DNA of 64,000 nucleotides, from contig CAVYCN010000004.1 in NCBI GenBank assembly GCA_963767005.1, positions 509,479 to 573,478 on the forward strand. The letters run 5' to 3'. This document shows positions 11,256-20,765 of the stretch, piece by piece (position 1 is the stretch's first letter; each line of letters opens with the position of its first letter). The position numbers were made by a program, and so were the translations under genes. The stretch is from an uncultured Actinomycetes bacterium. GTDB lineage: Bacteria; Actinomycetota; Thermoleophilia; UBA2241. The notes beneath the pieces are model-generated. The model had not been told where the DNA came from and made no database searches. It was given only the letters and a program-made list of their open reading frames with translations.

Positions 11256-11595
11256 AGACAGGGCGGGCACCAGGAAAGGAGCCCGGGGCGCTGGTCGGCT
11301 TGCACATCACCCCGTAACCGGGTACCCCGTCTCCGCTCGTGTCCGTGGTCTGCCCGGCCTCGATCATGTAGCCGTCCGGATCGCGGATGAAGCAACGGGT
11401 CTCGTATTGGTGCTGTTTCGGCGGCGTCAGGAATTGCGCACCGCGGGCGCTCCATTCGCTGTGGACCGCCTGGATGTCCGCGACGCGGATGTTCAAGAAG
11501 CTGCTGACCCGGTCGGGGTCAGGCGGCGCCTCCAGCGTGACCGTGGGCTTGTCGTCGGTGGGGCCACCGCCGACGTTGATGATGATCCAGCTGTT
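11206..11595 (-). pseudogene. 5'-truncated VOC/glyoxalase family gene
   Basis: SWIIINVGGGPTDDKPTV...LNIRVADI...RDPDGYMIE; in-frame stop just upstream and no N-terminus. Confidence 0.7.
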
Positions 11596-11820
11596 TGAGG
11601 GTCAGGTCCGAGACGGCGCGGCGCAGGCGCCGGTTCTCGCGCTCGGCCGCAGGGCGGTGCCCTGACTACGAAACCGGTCAGGCTGTCTTAGTCGCTGCGC
11701 TTGGGCACTCTTGCCGACGGCGAGCCGACTCCGGGCCTGGTCAGAGATTCGCGCGCATCCCAGACGGGCCGTTGATGACATAGCGCCACAGAGCATCTCG
11801 GGTTCTCGCGGACGTTCATA

Positions 11821-12597
11821 CTACTCCCAGCGAAAATACCGAACGGCGACAAACGCAAAGACGAACGTGTACGCGACCAGCGCGGCGAGAGTCGAGAGCG
11901 GCGGTGTCGCATGGAACGCCGAGTAGAGAACAGCCCGCACTGCGGCGCCACCCGGCGAGTACCACATGATCGCCCGCAGTGGCTCACCGACTTGCACCGG
12001 CTGGACCCACAACCCCGACAGGAAGAGGAGGGCAAAGAAGAGCACCCCGCCGACGATGCTGGAAAGGGTCTGCGTCGGGACCAGGGCCACGACGACCAGT
12101 CCCAGCGAGAAGATCTCGGCGATGGCGAGCACGAGCGAGAGGATGAAGAACGGGATGTCGACGCGGAGTGGTGCACCGAAGATCACCGTACCGCCGACGG
12201 TGGTGATGACGATCGCCGCCGCGGCGAGTGCGAGGTTGAAGATCAGCTGCGCGGCGAGCAGTCGTGACGGGTGTACTGGCGTCGTGGAGATGCGCCGGAG
12301 CCAGCCGATCTCGCGGTCCCTCACCAGCGTGTTGGGCAAGGAGATCGCGATGGCGATGAACGAGATGACCATGATCGTCGGGATGTAGAGGTCGATCACG
12401 GTCAGGCCGCTGCCGCCCACGTTCCCCGGTGTGTACCTGCTGATGACCCCGAAGAGCACCAGCAGAACCACGGGGAACCCGACGCCGAGACCTACCCCGT
12501 AAGGCTCGCGCAGTGAGAGCCTGGCCTGCACCTTGAGCAGCGCCCCAAGCTGCGCACGCGAGCGATGGCTGAGCACTGCGTCTGGATGCGGCCTCAT
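11821..12597 (-). CDS. ABC-2 type exporter permease
   Basis: Six TM segments, DREIGWLRRISTTP motif; overlaps the ATPase stop. Confidence 0.9.
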   Translation of the reverse strand: MRPHPDAVLSHRSRAQLGALLKVQARLSLREPYGVGLGVGFPVVLLVLFGVISRYTPGNVGGSGLTVIDLYIPTIMVISFIAIAISLPNTLVRDREIGWLRRISTTPVHPSRLLAAQLIFNLALAAAAIVITTVGGTVIFGAPLRVDIPFFILSLVLAIAEIFSLGLVVVALVPTQTLSSIVGGVLFFALLFLSGLWVQPVQVGEPLRAIMWYSPGGAAVRAVLYSAFHATPPLSTLAALVAYTFVFAFVAVRYFRWE

Positions 12598-13562
12598 GCC
12601 TGAGCCTCTTCCGATACTGCCGAGGCGGCGTTCCTGGTGAGGCGGATGAATGCGTCGTCGAGGTTCCCGCGTCGTGCCTCAAGCTCCGCCACCCGGACTC
12701 CCCCGGCAGCAAGCGCGTTGATCAGCGATGCCGCCAGATCCCCCGTGCCCGTGACCGTCAGGTAGCGGTCCTTGCGCTCCACCGTCTGCACACCGGGGAT
12801 GGCGTACAGGGCCTCGTCGTCCACGGCTCGTGAGGGGACGAAGCGCACGCGGTTTCCGCCGGCTGCGGTGGCGATTGCCTCCGGGGTGTCGAGGACACGT
12901 AGGCGTGCCCTATCGATCAGTGCCACGCGGTCGCACAGGGTCTCAGCCTCGTCCATGAAGTGCGTGACCAAGAGCACGGTGACGCCGCGCTCCCTCATGT
13001 GTTCGATGACCGCCCAGATATTGCGTCGCGCCTCGGGATCGAGCCCGGTGGTGAGCTCATCGAGGATCGCGATCTTGGGATTGCCCACCAGGGCAAGCGC
13101 TATGGACACGCGCTGCTTCTGGCCGCCCGACAGCTTCTTGAAGGCGACGCGCTCGATGTCTTTGACACCAAGGGACTGAAGCACTTCCTGCGGGTCCAGC
13201 GGGTCCGAGTAGAACGAGGCGAAGAGCTCGAGGGCCTCGCCCACCTTCAACCGTGGCGGCAGGGCACTCTCCTGAAGCTGGACGCCGACGAACTCGTTGA
13301 TCCTGTCCCTGTCGCATTGCGGAGAGAGTCCGTAGACGCTGATCGCGCCTGAATCCGGAACACGAAGGCCGGAGATGCATTCAACCGTGGTCGTCTTGCC
13401 GGCGCCGTTGGGGCCGATGATCCCGAAGATCTCCCCTTCCTGAATGGCAAAAGACACGTCGTCGACGACGGCGAGACTGCCGTACCGCTTGACGAGGTTC
13501 TCGACTCTGACGACGGGTTGTTTGTCGCACCGGTCGTGGGGTGTCCTTGCGGCTGCTGTCAT
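12594..13562 (-). CDS. ABC exporter ATP-binding protein
   Basis: GPNGAGKTT, LSGGQ, ILDELTTGLD. Confidence 0.95.
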   Translation of the reverse strand: MTAAARTPHDRCDKQPVVRVENLVKRYGSLAVVDDVSFAIQEGEIFGIIGPNGAGKTTTVECISGLRVPDSGAISVYGLSPQCDRDRINEFVGVQLQESALPPRLKVGEALELFASFYSDPLDPQEVLQSLGVKDIERVAFKKLSGGQKQRVSIALALVGNPKIAILDELTTGLDPEARRNIWAVIEHMRERGVTVLLVTHFMDEAETLCDRVALIDRARLRVLDTPEAIATAAGGNRVRFVPSRAVDDEALYAIPGVQTVERKDRYLTVTGTGDLAASLINALAAGGVRVAELEARRGNLDDAFIRLTRNAASAVSEEAQA

Positions 13563-13621
13563 GGCACCAGGAGGGGCACTGCAAGCGGCGTTGCTTGAGC
13601 GACATCTCGTTCGCGCCGCAC

Positions 13622-13813
13622 TTAGCTCACCGAGTTCCTCAGGAAACGAAAATAGAAGGCTGCAACCACCAAGACAATGCCGATATTGGCTAATAGCCGT
13701 GCCAAGAAGTGGTGCCTAAAGAACAGCACATCCACGGTGACGATACCCGCTGTCAATATCAAGATACAAAGCACCACGAGCATCATGTAGGTAGTCCTTC
13801 GCATTTCAGTCAC
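13622..13813 (-). CDS. Small two-TM membrane protein (locally AT-richer)
   Basis: Two hydrophobic helices; AAGGGGG RBS-like sequence upstream. Confidence 0.6.
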   Translation of the reverse strand: MTEMRRTTYMMLVVLCILILTAGIVTVDVLFFRHHFLARLLANIGIVLVVAAFYFRFLRNSVS

Positions 13814-13887
13814 CCCCTTACATGAAAGGTCGGCTTCTGAGGTGCCCGCTTGGCATTGGCGTGCCCGAACTACGTGGAAGAGTTCAC

Positions 13888-14202
13888 CTACCGTGCCCGA
13901 GTGGCCTTGAGCGTGAGCGCCAGGCTGGGAACGACGAATGATGCAAGGAAGATCGGCAAGAGCCTCTTGCCCTGGCTGTTGAAGCTGATGACCTGGCCAT
14001 CGCTCACCTGGAACGCGAGCTCTCGGCTCGAGTAGCGGCCTTCTCGGACCTGCAGGGTGTGACTTCCGGGTTCGATCGCTCTCTCAAAGGTGTCGTGCAA
14101 CGCGAACGAGCCGACGTCCTTGCCGTCCATCAGGACCTCGAACGGGCGGCGATGGACCTCGGCACCGATCGTCTCTCGCGTCAGCTTCAGAGTCGCCGAC
14201 AT
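13888..14202 (-). CDS. Hypothetical protein
   Basis: MSATLKLTRE..., AAGGAGAG RBS, good codon usage. Confidence 0.65.
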   Translation of the reverse strand: MSATLKLTRETIGAEVHRRPFEVLMDGKDVGSFALHDTFERAIEPGSHTLQVREGRYSSRELAFQVSDGQVISFNSQGKRLLPIFLASFVVPSLALTLKATRAR

Positions 14203-14440
14203 CTTCGCTCTCCTTGTCTGCTCGGGCTTGGGCTGCCTTCCGTTGCTGGCTGGCCGGCTCTCGCGCTGCTGACGATCGACCCCACCATACGGCGGAGTGC
14301 TTCTACGACCTACCTCGGCGTTTCTGCAGACAGGCCGAGTATAATCTGATATCAGTTTACTGTGCCGATGACCGGGGAGACAAACCATCGTCGATGCCGG
14401 TCGCGAGTGCCGGTCCGATCTTGAGGAGAGGGGCGCGGCG

Positions 14441-14653
14441 ATGCCCGAGAGAAAGAGTCTGCTCATCCGCATGGACCCGGCCGTCTACGACGCTCTTGCC
14501 CGCTGGGCGAGCGACGAGCTGCGCAGCACGAACGCGCACATCGAGCTTCTCCTGCGAAGCGCCCTCTTTCGCGCCGGCCGCCTGCCACAGGGGGTAGGCG
14601 AGCTGCCGCGGCGAGGGCGACCGCCGAAGGTGGAGCCCGAGCGGGTCAGGTAA
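14441..14653 (+). CDS. Ribbon-helix-helix (Arc-like) DNA-binding protein
   Basis: KSLLIRMDPAVYDALARWASDELRSTNAHIELLL; AGGAG RBS. Confidence 0.8.
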   Translation: MPERKSLLIRMDPAVYDALARWASDELRSTNAHIELLLRSALFRAGRLPQGVGELPRRGRPPKVEPERVR

Positions 14654-14986
14654 GGTTCCGGCCCGCCGGCGGAGGGATAATCGACGGCACCTGAACGCAA
14701 GGCAGCCGCGCCCAAGCGGCTGTTGCTCGGCCAACACAGTGGCACTCGCCGGTATGAGCAGCTCCACCGGCCACACTTGATCCTAGACAAGCGCCGCTAC
14801 TGACGCCCAGGGTCATGCGGATACCCAACCCGCGCATCAGGCTGACCTCGCGTCGCCACCGGCCCGCCACGCTCACCGGTCGTCTCAAATCCCTATTGAG
14901 ATCCCTTCAGCTCGTCAGAGACTGCCAGGCACGGCCATTTGACAGAATGCGCTCCCTAACAGCTGGCGACAGAATGGACCGGGATT

Positions 14987-17779
14987 CTACTGATGCAGTC
15001 CCATCCGAAGGAGAGTCTGCCACGGTCCAGGCCGCAGGGCCCGCAGCCGCAGCAGACGTCGCACCTCGAGGTTACTCTTCAAGAGCCTGGCAAAGCCGGT
15101 GGAGCTCGCTGAAAGGCCGGCCGGCCAGCCCGGGTTGCGAAAACGCGGGGCTCCCTTCCTGACCACCCTTAGAATGCCCCGACCCGTCACCGCCTGAGCA
15201 TTGCCGGCCAGGTCTGTTGCCTGCACCTCGACGTGGTAGGTCCCGGGCTTGAGCGCGCAGTGGAAGCGCAGGTAGAAGTAAGGTACGGGACCGTAGCCCC
15301 ACGCGTCGGGCAGCTCGACGAACCTGCGAAGCGTCTGTCCATGGCGGCCGACGATACTCACCGTGGCCCGGGCCACGTCGCTGGTCGCGTCCTCGGCCAT
15401 GAAGTAAAGCGTGCCGGTCTTGCCGGTACCGACCACGGCCTTGCGCGGCACCGAGCAAGCCGGTCCTAGTGTGTCGATACCCACCATCAGACGCTCGGTC
15501 TGTTCCTGGTTACCGGCCGTATCGGTGGAGCGGTACAGGACCGTGTGCTCGCCGTCGTTGCCGTGATCGGCGGGCGCGTCGATCGAGACCGTCGTCCCGT
15601 TCTCCCAGCTCGCACCGCCGCCGGTGCTGAACTGGGTCGACTGCGGGGCCCCGCCGCCGACGTCGTTGGGAGCAAGGGCGATCGTGGCGGGCTTGTTGTA
15701 CCAGGCTTCGAAGTCATTCACGAGGGTCACGGGAGCCGCCGTGTCGCCGCTAACATCCAACGGTGAGACAAGGAAACCATCGCCGAAGGCCCAGACGTGG
15801 CTGGCATCGGTGGCCGCGATCGCGGTGACCCCTTCACCACCGGCCACCTGCTGCCAGCTTGCGCCGCCGTCGGTGGTTGCCCAGACGCCGTTGAGGCCAC
15901 CGATCCAGCCGTCCGAGGCGTCGCTGAAGTGGACCGTGCTCGCCAGCACGTCGCTGAGGCTCGTCAGGCGGTCCCAGGTGTGGCCGCCGTCGGTGGTGTG
16001 CAGCACCCAGCCCTGCTCTGGGTCATCGTTTTGGCCGTAGCTCGTGCCGACGGCCCAGCCATCGGAGGCATCGAGGAACTGCAGGTCGGTGATCTCCTGG
16101 GCCGCGGCCGGTACCTTCTCCTTGGCCCAGGTCAGGCCGCCGTTGGTGCTCGCAAAGATCCCGGGCAGTCCGTCGCTGTTCTCGGAGGGCTGGTAGGAGC
16201 CGCACGCCCAGCCGTTGGTCGCGCTCACGAAGTCGACGGCGTCGAGGCTGGCGTTGTCGTACACGTACTGCGGGACCCAGGTCTGCCCGCCGTCGGTTGA
16301 GTGCTCCATGGTGAGCGGCGCCGTCATGCCCATGCCCATGTTGTCGTAGCTGATCGCCCAACCGGTCGATGCGTCGATGAAATCGACACCATCGAGCTCG
16401 CCCGAGAGGTTGGACTGCTGCGGCTGCCACGTGGTGCCACCATCGCTTGTATGGAGGATCACGCTCGAGCCATTGCCCTCTGCATCGGTGCCCACGACCC
16501 AGCCATCGTTCGCGTCGGGGAAGCTCACGCCATCGAGGGAGCTCACCCAGCGCAACGGGCTGGCCTGCTCGGTCCAGTGCATGCCGTCCGAGCTGTGCAG
16601 CAGTGCGCCAGCGGCGTCGGTCGCCCAGATGTCGCTGGCCGAAAGCGCTTGGGCCGCCGTGAAGTAGTACTCCTGGCCCGAGGTCGCCGACTCCCATGTC
16701 GAGGCATCGTCGTGGGAGACGAGGATGCCGTCGCCCGCGGCGCAGACGCTCGGACCGTCGGCCGCGATCGCGCCAGCCGAGTAGGGTGAGGCCAGCGACG
16801 AGCTCGTCCAGCGCTCACCGCCGTCGGTGGAGTGCTGTACGGTCACGGTGCCGCCGCCCTCGAAGCCCTCGTACAACTCGTCCGCGCCGTAGAACGTCCC
16901 GTAGCCGCTCTCCAGCAACCAGATGCTGGAAGGCCCCGTCGCATCCAGGGCGCTCACCCAGACGTCGCCGATGGCGACCTTCCGCCAGAGAAAGCCACCG
17001 TCGCTCGTGGCGAGGACGGTGCTGGCCCCAGTGTCCTGCGAGTAGGCGAGAATCCAGCCGTGCAGTGGATCGCTGAAGTCGACCTGCGTGGCGACCATGT
17101 CGCGCGTCAGTCCGCCGGGCACGGCCAGCCAGCCGTGTCCGCCGGTCGTCGTCAGGAAGAGCTGGTTGTTGACCGCCGCCCAGCCCTGCCTGGCGCTGAC
17201 GAGATCGACCAGGACGTCGCTCGCAGAGATGCCGCCGTAGGGCGAGGAGACCGGCTCGACGTTCAGCCGCTCGGTGGTCCAGTTGCCACCGCCGTTTCCC
17301 GTGATGAGCACCTCGCCGTTGCTGGTGCCGACCAACCCGTGGGTGGCGTCGACGAAGCTGACGTCGGCGAGCGAGGTCTTCAGACCGGCCGGCGTGACGT
17401 CTTGCCACGTGGTGCCGCTATCCGTGGTCGCAACGACGACACCGCCTCCGGAGGTCAACGGTCCGCCACAGGCCCAGCCGTGCCGCGCATCGGGGAAGCT
17501 CACCGACCAGAGGTCGTCATTGGTCGGGGTGGGCTGCACCGCCCAGCTGCTGCCGGCGTCGCTGCTGTGCAGGACGAGGCCGCCGGCACCGACCGACCAG
17601 ACATCGCCGGCGTCGGGGAAGGCAAGAGCGCTCAGTCCGGCGATACCGCCTGCCGGCTGCGGCATCTGCCAGTACCAGCCATTGTTGCCGTCGGGCTGCA
17701 GCGCCCACGCCGGTGAGGCCATCAAGGCCCCGAGGGCAAGCGTCGTCGCGAGGCACATCACAAGCCAACCGCGCTTCAT
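14987..17779 (-). CDS. Secreted YCF48-like/BNR (Asp-box) beta-propeller protein with C-terminal beta-sandwich modules
   Basis: Signal peptide MKRGWLV..AWA, many T/S-x-D-G-G-x-x-W repeats, C-terminal DTAAPVT..YRSTD.AGN module. Confidence 0.85.
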   Translation of the reverse strand: MKRGWLVMCLATTLALGALMASPAWALQPDGNNGWYWQMPQPAGGIAGLSALAFPDAGDVWSVGAGGLVLHSSDAGSSWAVQPTPTNDDLWSVSFPDARHGWACGGPLTSGGGVVVATTDSGTTWQDVTPAGLKTSLADVSFVDATHGLVGTSNGEVLITGNGGGNWTTERLNVEPVSSPYGGISASDVLVDLVSARQGWAAVNNQLFLTTTGGHGWLAVPGGLTRDMVATQVDFSDPLHGWILAYSQDTGASTVLATSDGGFLWRKVAIGDVWVSALDATGPSSIWLLESGYGTFYGADELYEGFEGGGTVTVQHSTDGGERWTSSSLASPYSAGAIAADGPSVCAAGDGILVSHDDASTWESATSGQEYYFTAAQALSASDIWATDAAGALLHSSDGMHWTEQASPLRWVSSLDGVSFPDANDGWVVGTDAEGNGSSVILHTSDGGTTWQPQQSNLSGELDGVDFIDASTGWAISYDNMGMGMTAPLTMEHSTDGGQTWVPQYVYDNASLDAVDFVSATNGWACGSYQPSENSDGLPGIFASTNGGLTWAKEKVPAAAQEITDLQFLDASDGWAVGTSYGQNDDPEQGWVLHTTDGGHTWDRLTSLSDVLASTVHFSDASDGWIGGLNGVWATTDGGASWQQVAGGEGVTAIAATDASHVWAFGDGFLVSPLDVSGDTAAPVTLVNDFEAWYNKPATIALAPNDVGGGAPQSTQFSTGGGASWENGTTVSIDAPADHGNDGEHTVLYRSTDTAGNQEQTERLMVGIDTLGPACSVPRKAVVGTGKTGTLYFMAEDATSDVARATVSIVGRHGQTLRRFVELPDAWGYGPVPYFYLRFHCALKPGTYHVEVQATDLAGNAQAVTGRGILRVVRKGAPRFRNPGWPAGLSASSTGFARLLKSNLEVRRLLRLRALRPGPWQTLLRMGLHQ

Positions 17780-17856
17780 CGATGATCCCCTCCAGATACT
17801 CTCGCGCATGGGCGAGCATGCGCCGAATCGAGCCGACCCAGCGACCCGGGGCGCCA

Positions 17857-19236
17857 TCAGCGCACCACCAGGGTGTTGACGGCGACGGTCGAGCCGCGGT
17901 TGCCGGCGGCATCGATCGCCGAGACCGTGAAGCGATAGTGTCCCTTCGGCAACGTGCAACGGAAGACGAAGTCGTGGGTGTGATTGACCGTGACCGGCAG
18001 CACGACCCGCTTTGCCAGGCGACCGTGGGCGTTCACGATCTCGATCGTCACGGCCGCGTCAGGACCACCCGGCGGAGGGTCGCTGATCAGGTAGCGCAGG
18101 GCCGCACGTGCTCTGCGCTTGACGCTCGCGGGCCAGTTTGCGATCGGTGTCGGCGCCGTCGTGTCGATGCGCACCAGGCAGATGCGGCGCGCCTCGACGT
18201 TGCCGACGTTGTCGACCGAGCGGTAGACGACCTTGTGGATGCCGTCGTTGCTGTGGTCGGCGGGCGCGGGGATGGTGGCCGAGTCGGCCTTGACCCAGGT
18301 GACGCCGTCGTTGAGCGAGTACTCGGTGTAGGCGACGCCGCTGCCGCCGGGGTTGTCGGTGACGAGGAAGCGCAGCGTCACCGGCTTGTGGTGCCAGCGT
18401 GAGTCGGCGCCAAGGACGATCGTGTGCGGCGCCGTGACGTCGGTCGTCACCGAGAAACTCGTGCCGTCTGGACTGAGCGGCAGGGCCTGATCGATCAGGG
18501 CTTGAGTGACCGTCCCGGAGTACTCGTCGTAGTCTTCGGAGATCATGTCGATCCGGTTCCAGTCGTAGGCGCTGATCGGCTGGCCGTCGAAGGCGCAGCC
18601 GGTGAATGCCATGGTGCCGAAGTCCGCGATGGGCACGATGCCCTCGTCGCTGCTGGGCGCCTCGGCGATCACTTCGGCCGAGGCGAGGGCCGGCGGGACA
18701 TTCATCGTCTGCATGGCCTGGTAGGAGACGGCCGTCGTGCGGTCCACCAGGCTCAGGGTGAAGATCGCCCCCGATTCGCTGACACTGGCGGTGATCGAAT
18801 CGCCGGGACGGATCGACATGTCGAGCGGCACGGGCGCGGCGGGATACATCTCGTACCAGGCGTCGTAGCCCACCACACCCTCGCTGTAGCCCTCGGTGCC
18901 GATCTGTTCGACGGTATCGGAGTTGTCGCCGTCGAGACCGACCCAGAAGGCGGCGTCAGTGAAGGTGGCACCGGCATTGCGGATGGCCGGCTGCACCCAG
19001 CTGGCAGTGACGCTCGTGAAGGGACCGTCAGTCGAGTCGTCGTAGCCCGACCAGTTGGACGAGGTGGTCGTCGTGCCCATCAAAGGATGTGTGCCGACTG
19101 CCGGCCGCGTTTGGAGGCCTATCAGGGGATGGGTGCGGGTGGCAGGCCGGTTGGCCCCCCACGCCACGGCAGGGAAGCAGATCAGCGCAACGATCGCCAG
19201 GCACGAACATGCCAGTAGTACCCATGAGCGCCTCAT
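17857..19236 (-). CDS. Secreted G1-family glutamic peptidase with C-terminal beta-sandwich modules
   Basis: SSNWSGY, FWVGLDG, VEQIG (catalytic Q), YDAWYEMYP, SAEVIAE (catalytic E). Confidence 0.85.
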   Translation of the reverse strand: MRRSWVLLACSCLAIVALICFPAVAWGANRPATRTHPLIGLQTRPAVGTHPLMGTTTTSSNWSGYDDSTDGPFTSVTASWVQPAIRNAGATFTDAAFWVGLDGDNSDTVEQIGTEGYSEGVVGYDAWYEMYPAAPVPLDMSIRPGDSITASVSESGAIFTLSLVDRTTAVSYQAMQTMNVPPALASAEVIAEAPSSDEGIVPIADFGTMAFTGCAFDGQPISAYDWNRIDMISEDYDEYSGTVTQALIDQALPLSPDGTSFSVTTDVTAPHTIVLGADSRWHHKPVTLRFLVTDNPGGSGVAYTEYSLNDGVTWVKADSATIPAPADHSNDGIHKVVYRSVDNVGNVEARRICLVRIDTTAPTPIANWPASVKRRARAALRYLISDPPPGGPDAAVTIEIVNAHGRLAKRVVLPVTVNHTHDFVFRCTLPKGHYRFTVSAIDAAGNRGSTVAVNTLVVR

Positions 19237-19525
19237 TGATGCCCCCCTATCTTCACGATGCGAAGCAGTGCCGGCCTGTCGCGCTGGGAGCCTAGCAGCG
19301 ATTTGTTAGGGCACGGTGAGCATCCTGGGGGCCTATGAACCGGGATTCGGCTCCACTTTCAAGGTTCGTGCTGCCACCTGGATGAAGCTGTACCTGACTC
19401 CGTAACCGGTGAGGCAGCCTTTCTTGCTGCCCATAGGCGTGTTGCCGACAGCCGGCCGACGGGTCATCGTGGTCCGGGCCGAAGAAGCTGAAGCTTGGCC
19501 AGACCACCCGAATACCTAGCCTCGA

Positions 19526-20491
19526 CTACTGTCGCGTCACCGTGAAGCTCGTACCTTCGTCCCTCACCGGCGAGATGAAGGACTCCATCGAGCCGTCGTC
19601 GCCCTGTACGTCGAATGTGGTGAGAGGGAATGCGTCGATCGGGTGTCCCTCGAAGGCGCAGCGTGTGAAGCGGACGGGCGCGAAGTCAGCGAGGTCGGTG
19701 TCGCCGTAGTTGGACTCCTCGATGACGATGGCTGCGTGAGTGTTGCCGACCCGGACGAGCTGCACCGTGGAGAACTTCCGGCCGCTCGTGTGGTTCAGCA
19801 GGCTGAGCCGGAAGTGGTCGTCGCCCATTCGCTCGACCGTCGCGGTGAGCAGGTCCCCTGGCTTCACGGCAAGGCCGGCCTCCACTGTGGCAGCAGGGAA
19901 CAGCTCATACCACGCGTAGTAGGTTGCCGGCGTGTGGCGCTGGCACCGGGCAGAGATGCCAACCTGCTCGAGGTGGCCCTCGGCGTCTCGCAGACCGACC
20001 CAGAACGACGCCTCGTTGGCTCGAGAGCCCAGCGCACGGACCGACGGCTGCACCCAGCTGGCCGTGACTGAACTGATGCCGTCGCGGCTCGTGCCATAGC
20101 CGGCCCACGTCTGGGCGTCCGCAGGTCGAGTCGCTGGCGTCCCAGGATAGTCGGCCGCGAGCACCGCGATCGGCCCTGCGAGGAAGATCGCGCAGCTTGC
20201 GATGAGCAGGGGACGGGGAGCCTTCTTCGTGTGACCGATGCGTCTCATCAAGTAGACGACAAGGTTCCAGAGAGCAGCGGCGCACGTAGCGGCGGCGCCG
20301 GCGAGGGTGAGCAAGAAACAGAGACCGCGGAACCAGCCGGTGTCGCTGGACAGCCCCATGATGCGGCCGACACCGTAGGATGCTGCCACACCGAGAGCGG
20401 ATAAGCCAAGGCCGAACGCGAGGTACGTCAGTCGGCGGTGCAGCCATCCGGAGTTCGCCGCCGGCAACTCCACCGCAACGTCGTCTGTCAT
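19526..20491 (-). CDS. Membrane-anchored G1-family glutamic peptidase
   Basis: Three N-terminal TM segments, then WAGY, FWVGL, LEQVG, YYAWYELFP, IVIEE; start uncertain. Confidence 0.75.
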   Translation of the reverse strand: MTDDVAVELPAANSGWLHRRLTYLAFGLGLSALGVAASYGVGRIMGLSSDTGWFRGLCFLLTLAGAAATCAAALWNLVVYLMRRIGHTKKAPRPLLIASCAIFLAGPIAVLAADYPGTPATRPADAQTWAGYGTSRDGISSVTASWVQPSVRALGSRANEASFWVGLRDAEGHLEQVGISARCQRHTPATYYAWYELFPAATVEAGLAVKPGDLLTATVERMGDDHFRLSLLNHTSGRKFSTVQLVRVGNTHAAIVIEESNYGDTDLADFAPVRFTRCAFEGHPIDAFPLTTFDVQGDDGSMESFISPVRDEGTSFTVTRQ

Positions 20492-20765
20492 CGCCGACGC
20501 CTCGTTATGCTGTGCAGAGCCTATCAGCGGGTGCGAGGTTCGGGCACTCCGATTAGGGACATGACGTGAAGCCCTCGAGCCTGGCTTTCCCGGCTGCCTG
20601 TCCTGCGCGGTTCTTACCAAGACGGGCTGGACGTCATGGTGGTGATGGCGCCTGACACGCGAACAGGTGATGCGTCAGAAAGAGCTGCATCTTGGCGTAG
20701 ACGCCGACGGCGCGCCGACGCCCTGAGTCGTCGAGCTTCTCCCTGATGCCGCCCTCTTTCCCGAG

